Shown here piece after piece: positions 1 through 6,905 of a stretch of DNA of 60,466 nt; positions within the stretch are counted from its first letter, which is position 1; each line of letters begins with the position of its first letter. Source of the stretch: Gemmatimonadaceae bacterium (GTDB lineage Bacteria > Gemmatimonadota > Gemmatimonadetes > Gemmatimonadales > Gemmatimonadaceae); the NCBI GenBank assembly GCA_044224875.1, contig JBGAJQ010000028.1, positions 1-60,466 on the forward strand. The letters are read 5' to 3'. The notes beneath the pieces are model-generated. The model had not been told where the DNA came from and made no database searches. It saw nothing but the letters and a program-made list of their open reading frames with translations. The translations under genes were made by a program, and so were the position numbers.

Positions 1-44
1 CGACGCTCCGCGCGCCGCCTGGCGATGCCGCGTTGCCGTTCCCC

Positions 45-72
45 AAAAACAAAAGCTCCCGCTCACGGGAGC
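45..72 (-). terminator. Rho-independent terminator downstream of intI and the putative attI
   Basis: Minus strand: stem GCTCCCG, loop TGAG, stem CGGGAGC (72-55), followed by TTTTGTTTTT (54-45). Confidence 0.75.
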
Positions 73-79
73 CTGCGCA

Positions 80-103
80 GCCTAACTCTTCTTTCTCTTG
101 CAT
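80..103 (-). other. Putative attI site (core GTTAGGC at 86-80)
   Basis: Minus strand reads ATGCAAGAGAAAGAAGA-GTTAGGC: a GTTRRRY core after an A-rich tract, about 75 bp past the intI stop. The L box is degenerate. Confidence 0.5.
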
Positions 104-106
104 GGG

Positions 107-135
107 ACTTTACTGTTGGCAATTCGCACCTGCAA
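107..135 (-). promoter_or_regulatory. Putative sigma70 promoter (Pc-like) firing toward attI
   Basis: Minus strand TTGCAG (135-130), 17 bp spacer, TAAAGT (112-107). Confidence 0.55.
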
Positions 136-160
136 CCACCGCAGCTGAACGATTCGTGGG

Positions 161-1126
161 CTACAGCAAGTCCGCCGGGCTCCGAACCGCCCGGGCCCCA
201 CGGTTCAGAACGTGCGTGTAGATCATCGTAGTCGCAACGTCCGTGTGACCGAGTAGCTCCTGCACCGTTCGAATGTCGTAGCCGTCCTCGAGCAAGTGCG
301 TCGCAAACGAGTGCCGAAGGGAATGACACGTCGCCCGCTTGCCCAAACCGGTCCGACGCACCGCAATGGCCATCGCGCGCTGAACGACGGTCTCGTGCAA
401 GTGATGGCGCCGGCGCTCACCAGTGGCAGGATGGAGGTAAGTCCGGCGCGCCGGAAAGACCCACTGCCAGGCAATGTCACTGGCCCAGCCGGGAGCCTTT
501 CGCTCGAGCGCCTCCGGGAGCGGCGCTCGGCCACCGCCGGTGGAACGGTCTCGATCGTGCAACTCCCTGACACGCTGGAGTTTGGCCTGCAGAAGGTCGA
601 CGGAAGCGGAGGGTAGCATGGTGATCCGATCCTTCCCGCCCTTCCCCTGACGAACCAGTAGCTCCCGGCGCTCGAGATTGATGTCCTTCACGCGCAATTC
701 CAGCGCTTCATGGAGACGGAGTCCGGCTCCGTATAGAAGCATTGCGATCAGTCGCACATCGCCCTGCAATGCCTCGAGAACGGTGCGCACTTCCTGCCGG
801 TCGAGCACCACGGGAAGTCGCTTGGGCGCGGTCGCGCGAATCACGGAGCGGAGGTCGCCGATCGGGCGATCGAGCACCTCTCGATAGAGGAAAAGGAGCG
901 CGCTTAGGGCCTGTTGCTGGGTAGACCGTGCGACCTGGCCATCCTCGGCGATGTGTGAGAGGAAGGCGACGATGTCGGGTTCCCCGAGGTCATTGGGGTG
1001 GCGGATGCCGTGATATCTGATATAGCGGCGTATCCAGGCGATGTAGGCCTGCTCTGTACGCAGGCTGAGATGTCGCAGGCGGAGCCTGGAACGTACCTGG
1101 GCGAGTAGCTTCGGCTTGGCTGGCAT
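161..1126 (-). CDS. intI: Integron integrase (tyrosine recombinase)
   Basis: N-terminal RLRHLSLRTEQAY; motifs GLRLHE, KGGKDR, HSLRHSFATHLL, LLGH...TTMIYTHV; integron-specific insertion LPEALERK...WQWVFPA...RRHH. Start taken at MPAKPK. Confidence 0.95.
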   Translation of the reverse strand: MPAKPKLLAQVRSRLRLRHLSLRTEQAYIAWIRRYIRYHGIRHPNDLGEPDIVAFLSHIAEDGQVARSTQQQALSALLFLYREVLDRPIGDLRSVIRATAPKRLPVVLDRQEVRTVLEALQGDVRLIAMLLYGAGLRLHEALELRVKDINLERRELLVRQGKGGKDRITMLPSASVDLLQAKLQRVRELHDRDRSTGGGRAPLPEALERKAPGWASDIAWQWVFPARRTYLHPATGERRRHHLHETVVQRAMAIAVRRTGLGKRATCHSLRHSFATHLLEDGYDIRTVQELLGHTDVATTMIYTHVLNRGARAVRSPADLL

Positions 1127-1588
1127 AACGTGTCGGCGACAGATAGCACTGCAGCCGTACGCCGCCACTACCGTTCCATCGCATCAGCCATCCTTCCATC
1201 GCACACGCGCGACCCCTCGCAAGAAGCGTCGCGGATGCGTCGCGCCGTCGCGGTCAGCGATTCGGCGTGGTACAGGGCGGCTTCGCGAATTCCACCACCA
1301 GTTTCGCATCCACGATCTCCTCGATGCTTTCCACGCGCGCCTAGTCGACTCGATCACCTCCCACTCATCGTTCCTGATGGCACGGTCGCTAGACAGTCTT
1401 CTCCGAGTGTACGCCGGAGCGGAGATCATCGTTTATGCGTGCTGTCCTTCCCTCCAAGCCCTCGCGGTGCGACCCATACCACGACCTGTTCTCTCGAATG
1501 TCCAAGCTTCGGTCCACGACCCCGTCAGGAACCTCAGTGAGCAACAGCCACTTATCGATCGTGATCGGCCTCGCAGACGGCGATCGTT

Positions 1589-1673
1589 TCGCGTACGGAG
1601 AGCGGGGCTCGCATACGCCGCGGTGACCTCACTCGCGTACGGAGAGCGCTCGCACGCGCCGCGGTGACCTCGC
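1589..1673. repeat. Imperfect tandem repeat, 2 x about 42-44 bp
   Basis: TCGCGTACGGAGAGCG(GGG)CTCGCAYRCGCCGCGGTGACCTCRC at 1589-1632 and 1633-1673. Confidence 0.8.
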
Positions 1674-1683
1674 TCATGCGCGG

Positions 1684-2085
1684 TCAACGGCGCCACGCCA
1701 ATCCTATCAACGGCGACACTACCAGGAACTGCACGATCGTAAATCCCGTCTCCAAGAACATGAACGTGGAGACGGATTTCATCCGGTACTTCGCGGCGAC
1801 CGGCAATGTCGTGAACGACCAAGCCAACACTCCAAAAACACCAGCGAACGCGAGACTGCTGGACAACCATGCGTCACGTGCCGTATCGAACAGGCGAGGG
1901 TACAACCACGCAAAAATCAGCGCCTGCAACAGCATGGACGACAGCCCAAACGGAATGATCACCTGCTCGCGATACACCTCCAATCGCTCGTACTGCGCGC
2001 GAAAAGTCTTCAGGTGCCAGAAGAAGCCCAACGGAAATGTCGGCACGAGATACGCCGCCACCGCCAGCCAGAACGTGGTGCTCAT
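1684..2085 (-). CDS. Small four-TM membrane protein divergent from hxlR
   Basis: MSTTFWLAVAAYLVPTF...; four hydrophobic segments; GAGGA RBS. Confidence 0.75.
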   Translation of the reverse strand: MSTTFWLAVAAYLVPTFPLGFFWHLKTFRAQYERLEVYREQVIIPFGLSSMLLQALIFAWLYPRLFDTARDAWLSSSLAFAGVFGVLAWSFTTLPVAAKYRMKSVSTFMFLETGFTIVQFLVVSPLIGLAWRR

Positions 2086-2135
2086 CGGAATCCTCAAATG
2101 ACATGGTTGTCTTGGGAACGCGAGTCTAGTATGTT

Positions 2136-2154
2136 CACTTTCATTTTGCAAGCG
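2136..2154. promoter_or_regulatory. Imperfect palindrome, probable HxlR operator
   Basis: CACTTTCA-TTT-TGCAAGCG between the divergent hxlR and membrane-protein genes. Confidence 0.5.
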
Positions 2155-2160
2155 ACTTTT

Positions 2161-2250
2161 TTGGTCGAAAGCACCCGATTGAACGACGAGCTGACCGCGC
2201 GAACCCCGTTGCCCGTGGAACGGCTCGGTGTTGCGTGGTCGCTGCTCATC
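2161..2250 (+). repeat. Degenerate copy of the first 90 nt of hxlR
   Basis: Aligns with 2271-2360; encodes ...VERLGVAWSLLI versus ...LEMLGDAWSLLI. Confidence 0.8.
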
Positions 2251-2270
2251 CGGCCAGCGACGTATTGACC

Positions 2271-2693
2271 ATGGCGCGAAGCTCTACAACCGACCGACGA
2301 TCCGACTGCCCAATCTCCATCGCCCTGGAAATGCTCGGCGATGCCTGGTCGCTGCTCATCGTCCGCGACCTGATGTTCAAGAAGAAGCGGCGACACGATG
2401 AGTTCCTCAACGGCGGCGAAGGAATCGCCACCAACATCCTGAGCGATCGGCTGCAACGACTGGAACGCGTGGGCATCCTCACGAAACGCCGCGATCGTGA
2501 GGACGCACGCCGGTTCGTCTATCGGCTGACCGAGAAAGGCCTGGATCTGGCACCTATGCTCGTCGAACTCGTGCTCTGGTCCGCCCGGCACGAACGCACG
2601 GCGGCGCCCGCAGGGGAATTGCGCCTCATGCGGACCCAACGCGCGCGGTTCCTCCAACGCCTACGCGCCGAGTGGCAGGCCGAGGAGTCGTAG
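2271..2693 (+). CDS. HxlR-family winged-helix transcriptional regulator
   Basis: RRSDCPISIALEMLGDAWSLLIVRDL, EGIATNILSDRL, YRLTEKGLDL. Confidence 0.92.
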   Translation: MARSSTTDRRSDCPISIALEMLGDAWSLLIVRDLMFKKKRRHDEFLNGGEGIATNILSDRLQRLERVGILTKRRDREDARRFVYRLTEKGLDLAPMLVELVLWSARHERTAAPAGELRLMRTQRARFLQRLRAEWQAEES

Positions 2694-2879
2694 GGCTTCG
2701 TCCATTGCCTGCGCGCCAGTGGGAGACCGAGGAGTCGTAGCGCAGCACCGTCCACCACGCGGTCGTCGGATGGCGTGCATCAAACCCGACTTCCACCACT
2801 GCGTCCGCACCGAGTGGGAGGCAGAGGAGTCGTAGGCCTTCCGCCCCTGCGCGTCCTTTGGGAGGCCGAGGAGTGGTAA
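2646..2879 (+). repeat. Degenerate tandem array (about 47 bp period) of the hxlR 3' end
   Basis: Units at 2646-2693, 2694-2740, (2741-2787, very degenerate), 2788-2835 and 2836-2879; the four clear units end in GAGGAGT(C/G)GTA(G/A). Confidence 0.8.
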
Positions 2880-3118
2880 CAGCCGCACAGACTCGGAATT
2901 CTCACTCCGCGCTCTTTAAACCTGGGTCCCTCTTCGATCCCTTGCGGGCCTACCGGAGCGCATGGGACACACAGGTGCAGGCACCGGTGCAGGATCCCAG
3001 GCGCATATGGCGCTCGGGTGTCGGACGAGACGTTCGCGTGCCATCGAGCGACAGCAGCGAAACTGCTTGCCACTGCCCAGGTGCGGAGACGTCCGGTGCT
3101 CCGGGGTCTACATCGCGA

Positions 3119-3175
3119 ATCACCGTCGAGCACATGGCGCGCATGAAGGAAGAGGCGATCGTGGGCAACATTGGC
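3119..3175 (+). pseudogene. ahcY: 57-bp fragment of S-adenosylhomocysteine hydrolase
   Basis: Encodes ITVEHMARMKEEAIVGNIG, matching the AhcY segment IT.EHM..MKD.AIV.NIGHF. Flanks show no similarity to AhcY. Confidence 0.7.
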
Positions 3176-3258
3176 TGCACATGACCGTTCAGACGGCTGT
3201 CTTGATCGAAACGCTCGTTGCGCTCGGCCACCGCCGAGAATGCCGTGCCGGTACGCCG

Positions 3259-5529
3259 CTACCAACCCCGCCCGATCGAGACACGCAGCTGCCGCGGCTC
3301 CACCGGATGAAAGTGCACGTCCTCTACCCCGCCGACAGGCTCACCAGGCAACCGAGACGCGTAGTAGTACTGGATGTCGCTCGCTCGCTGGTTCAACAGG
3401 TTGAGCATCGCCACGCGCACGCGCGCCTGCCCCACCTTGAACCCCGCCTCGGCGTTCACCAGCGTCGTCGCCGATGCCCGGACGGCATTGCTCTCCACCA
3501 ATGGGTACGACCCGAAGCGACGTAGCCGCACGCCGAGGGAGTGACCGCGCGTCGATTCCCAGCTTGCACCGGCAGCCACAGCGCTTTCGAGGGCGCCGGG
3601 CAGGTGGTCCTCGCCAGCTGCGACTCCTTCCAGGCGGGCGCGCGCGAACGAGACATCCGCGTCGAGTGCCAGCGTGGGTACTGGACGATAGTAGTTGGCG
3701 AACGTCACCCCGGATCGACGGCTCGGGTCGGAGGGCTCGGTGGCACCGCCATCTCCAACGAACAGCAACTCGCTGTTTAGGTCCAACCGCCACAACGCCA
3801 CTGTCGAACGCCACGTCGCGTTGGGCGACACACGAAGGCCGAACTCGCCGCCGCGCGAGCGCACCAATGGGGAGACGCGCGACGCCGCCTCACCGGTGGC
3901 TGGATCCACCGTGATGGTGGTGCCTCTAGCGTCGTTGCTGTGGAAGCCGAATCCACCGCTCAGGTACAACTCGGCGCTTCTCCCGGCGGTGAAGACCAGG
4001 GATCCCTTCGGGCTGACAATGCCCGCCGCCCGACGTCCGGAATTGGCTTCGTTGTCACTCGTCACCTGAAACAGATAGCCATCGGCACGCGCCCCAAACA
4101 CACTCCGGAATCGCGATCGCCAGCGTGATTCCACCTCGATGTAGAGGCCCGTGGAGGACTCGTTGACATCGTCCTCTCGCACGGTGCCGGTCCTAGCGCG
4201 GCGCTCGGTTCGGAACAGCCCAACACCGTTCACGAGGTCGACACGCTGCTGCAACCCCACGGTTATCGTATGTTCAGCGCCTAACGTTGAATGCTGGCGT
4301 GTGTCGGAGACGGCGCCGCCAATTACCACTCGATGCTCGCGCTGGTTGATCTGGTCACCGGTCTCCGGATGTTCGAGGCCGTAGGTGAAGTTGGAATAGA
4401 GGTCCAGCCGCGAGTAGACGCCAAAGAGGTTCGCGCGTTGGATCGCCGATCCTGCCAACCGCTGCATGGATGCGGACAGGCTGTACCGTTCGGTCGACCC
4501 GCCGAGTGTCGGATCGATCTGTCCAAAACGACCGATACGTCCGTCCTCGACCGCACGCAGGGGAATCTGGTCGGAGGCGTTCCAGTTGTTGCGGTACACC
4601 ATCCCGAGCAGCGACAGCTGCGACGCGTTCCGCTGGCGGCTGTAACGTGCCACGCCGCTGTACTTTCGCTCGCGTTCGCGGACCTGCCAGGGACCGTCGT
4701 AGGACTTTACCTCACCGCCCAGCAGGAGTGTGCCACCGGCGACACCTAACGAATTACCCGCGACGGCGCGCGCGAATCCACCCGCACCAGCCGCTAACGT
4801 AAAGATGGGCCGGTCGAGCTGGCGAACGAGACTGAATTCGGCGCCACCCGCACTCCCGAAGTCGCCGAGGGCGGCGTGGTAGACGCCGAGGGAGTAGTCG
4901 ATGTAGTCGACGAATTCGGGAATGAGGAAATTGAGGTCGGTGTAGCCTTGCCCATGCGCATGGGAAGGCATGTTGAGGGGCATTCCCTCCACGCTGGTTC
5001 GAAAGTCCGTGCCATGGTCAAGGTTGAAGCCACGCACAAAGAGTTGGTTCGCCTTGCCGTCGCCCGAGTGTTGCGTGACGATCACGCCAGGCACGGTCTC
5101 CAGGAGTTCTCCCTCGCGCAGCAGCGGCCGCGACCGGAGCTCTGCAGCTCCAACATGACCCTCCGATGCGGAACGGGCGACACCGCGAAGGTCGTCGACG
5201 CGGCCAAGCACTTTCACTGGAGTCAGCGTGGCCATCACGCTGTCGGTGGGTCCGGCCGTTCGCTTAGACTCCAGCGCTCGTTCTATAGATGTAGCGCCCG
5301 GAGCCGCCAAGGCGGCGGCGACTGAATCCGGCTGTTTGCCTGCGGGGCCCGACTTCCCCATCACGGATGTAGGTGTTCTACCCACCGGTGCGGAACCCCT
5401 CACGGAGGCGGGTTTCTCCTTTCGCGCTGGAGTCTTCGTTGAGTCAGCCTGCGCCCAAACTGTGGGTGTCAACGTCAGCAGGTTCAACGCGGTGATGGCC
5501 GCAGTAAGTGCGAGAGTCTTGCGCTGCAT
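3259..5529 (-). CDS. TonB-dependent outer-membrane receptor
   Basis: Signal peptide; plug motif GELLETVPG...GKANQLFVRGFNLDHGTDF; beta-barrel ending FHPVEPRQLRVSIGRGW. Confidence 0.93.
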   Translation of the reverse strand: MQRKTLALTAAITALNLLTLTPTVWAQADSTKTPARKEKPASVRGSAPVGRTPTSVMGKSGPAGKQPDSVAAALAAPGATSIERALESKRTAGPTDSVMATLTPVKVLGRVDDLRGVARSASEGHVGAAELRSRPLLREGELLETVPGVIVTQHSGDGKANQLFVRGFNLDHGTDFRTSVEGMPLNMPSHAHGQGYTDLNFLIPEFVDYIDYSLGVYHAALGDFGSAGGAEFSLVRQLDRPIFTLAAGAGGFARAVAGNSLGVAGGTLLLGGEVKSYDGPWQVRERERKYSGVARYSRQRNASQLSLLGMVYRNNWNASDQIPLRAVEDGRIGRFGQIDPTLGGSTERYSLSASMQRLAGSAIQRANLFGVYSRLDLYSNFTYGLEHPETGDQINQREHRVVIGGAVSDTRQHSTLGAEHTITVGLQQRVDLVNGVGLFRTERRARTGTVREDDVNESSTGLYIEVESRWRSRFRSVFGARADGYLFQVTSDNEANSGRRAAGIVSPKGSLVFTAGRSAELYLSGGFGFHSNDARGTTITVDPATGEAASRVSPLVRSRGGEFGLRVSPNATWRSTVALWRLDLNSELLFVGDGGATEPSDPSRRSGVTFANYYRPVPTLALDADVSFARARLEGVAAGEDHLPGALESAVAAGASWESTRGHSLGVRLRRFGSYPLVESNAVRASATTLVNAEAGFKVGQARVRVAMLNLLNQRASDIQYYYASRLPGEPVGGVEDVHFHPVEPRQLRVSIGRGW

Positions 5530-5851
5530 CTCAACTCGTCAACTCAGGTGAAGGTGGTACGTGCTTCGGTTCCTGCCGCGAGGCTACGGCCCGGATCGAC
5601 GACGATCCCGAGGTGAGAGCCCCACTGGGTGCATCTGCCGCTCTCGGTGGTCAACTCAGATTGTGAGCCCGCGTCTCATTCGGAATCCCACGACGCTCAG
5701 CGACGTCAACGGGCGCAACGTTCCGAATGGATCGCGCAGCTTTCCGCATACTCGGCGTTGTCGCGCCGTCTACTTCGATTACGCCGGCAACGGCTCCGTG
5801 GATTGGTTGTCGCACCCATGGCGGCGACGCGTTCTCTGGATTGGAGGCGCG

Positions 5852-6016
5852 GCCGATGTCGTCCCGCTCGGTGTCCAGATACAGCACTTCCGGGTGCAAC
5901 GGCTTCTTGTTCGCGTTCAGGAACTGCACCATTTCCTTCAGGCCGCCCTTGGCGTGGAACGTCTCGGTCTCGGCCTGACTCGCCCGCTCGTCAATGAGCG
6001 TGATGATGACGCCCGC
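5852..6016 (-). pseudogene. gyrB: 165-bp internal fragment of DNA gyrase subunit B
   Basis: AGVIITLIDER...ETFHAKGGLKEMVQFLNANKKPLHPEVLYLDTERDDIG matches the GyrB ATPase/transducer junction. Confidence 0.8.
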
Positions 6017-6043
6017 AAAGGTGCAACGCCTCCGACAGATGTC

Positions 6044-6112
6044 GGTCAACACGGCGCCCTGCACTGCCGCGCCAATGGCCACCATTTCGTCCGGATTCAC
6101 GCCCTTGTTGGG
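6044..6112 (-). pseudogene. dnaK: 69-bp internal fragment of DnaK
   Basis: PNKGVNPDEMVAIGAAVQGAVLT matches the conserved Hsp70 segment PNKGVNPDEVVA.GAA.QG.VL. Confidence 0.85.
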
Positions 6113-6247
6113 TGTCGACAAGGTGAGGCGTCTACTGCGACGCGCGTAGCTCGGCCTCAGCCCGCGCCTGCGTACGCGCATCGAACGGTCGACAGTAGGC
6201 CCATTCGCTTCGCCGCCGAGTCACCCGCGCCCTCCATCACACCGCCG

Positions 6248-6297
6248 TTGACAGGCGGCGCCGCAGCGCCATACGTTCCCCTTACCAAGTACGGGGA
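6248..6297 (+). promoter_or_regulatory. Promoter and PadR operator
   Basis: TTGACA at 6248-6253 with a -10-like TACGTT at 6272-6277; inverted repeat TCCCC-N11-GGGGA at 6277-6297 just before padR. Confidence 0.5.
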
Positions 6298-6302
6298 GAC
6301 CC

Positions 6303-6632
6303 ATGGCTGAACCCCTGGCACTGCTGCAAGGTACACTGGACGTGCTCATCCTCCGCACGCTCGCGTGGGGCCCGATGCACAGCTACGCGGTCGCACGCTG
6401 GATTCGCGACCGCACATCGGGCGTGCTGCAGATCGAGGACGCACCGCTCTACAAGGCACTGCACCGCCTCGAACACTCAGGCGCGGTCGCCGCCGAGTGG
6501 GGGATGTCGGAGAACAACCGCCGCGCACGCTTCTACCGGCTGACACCGACGGGCCGCGCCATGCTCCGGCGCAGCGAGTCGGAGTGGCGTCGTTATGCGG
6601 CCGCGGTTTTCGCCGTGCTGGATCCGGTATGA
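6303..6632 (+). CDS. PadR-family regulator (Acidobacterial/ADOP-associated type)
   Basis: LLQGTLDVLILRTL.WGPMH.Y...LYKALHRLE...EWGMSENNRRARFYRLT. Confidence 0.93.
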   Translation: MAEPLALLQGTLDVLILRTLAWGPMHSYAVARWIRDRTSGVLQIEDAPLYKALHRLEHSGAVAAEWGMSENNRRARFYRLTPTGRAMLRRSESEWRRYAAAVFAVLDPV

Positions 6633-6790
6633 GCTGGCGGAGCCTCATCTCCCTGTCACTCACGGTGTACGCATGGCCCCCCTTTGGGCGACGAGCCATG
6701 GTTGCTTCCATGAGCAGGCGGAGCCTCATCACCCAATCGCGCCTCACGGCGTACACCATCGCTCGCCCTGTGGGCGACGTGCTACGATCC
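6629..6790 (+). repeat. Two degenerate copies of the ADOP permease 5' end
   Basis: MSWRSLISL... (6629) and MSRRSLITQSRLTAYTIARPVGDVLRS (6710) versus the gene start MNWRRLITLPRRSSGAIARDVDDELRF (6906). Confidence 0.8.
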
Positions 6791-6905
6791 CGCGGTCGAG
6801 ACCCCGATGTTTACACTTCCCCGCGAGGCGCCGCCGCGCGGAGCTGGGTACAAAGAGAAGCCCGTCAGTTCGTAAACCTCCACGAACGATAGCACTCTTC
6901 CTCCC

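Noticed and set aside
80..162. attC site between GCCTAAC (80) and GCAGCTGAAC-GATTC-GTGGGC (141-161)
   Set aside because: One half resembles an attC arm, but the other arm (TCTTCTTTCTCTTG) cannot pair with it and the second core is defective. Promoter plus attI explains the region better.
2646..2879. CRISPR array
   Set aside because: Units are degenerate copies of a coding 3' end with no identical repeats or unique spacers, and no cas genes are present.
5561..6310. 249-aa plus-strand ORF as a real gene
   Set aside because: Largely the antisense reading of the gyrB and dnaK fragments; no RBS or family signature.
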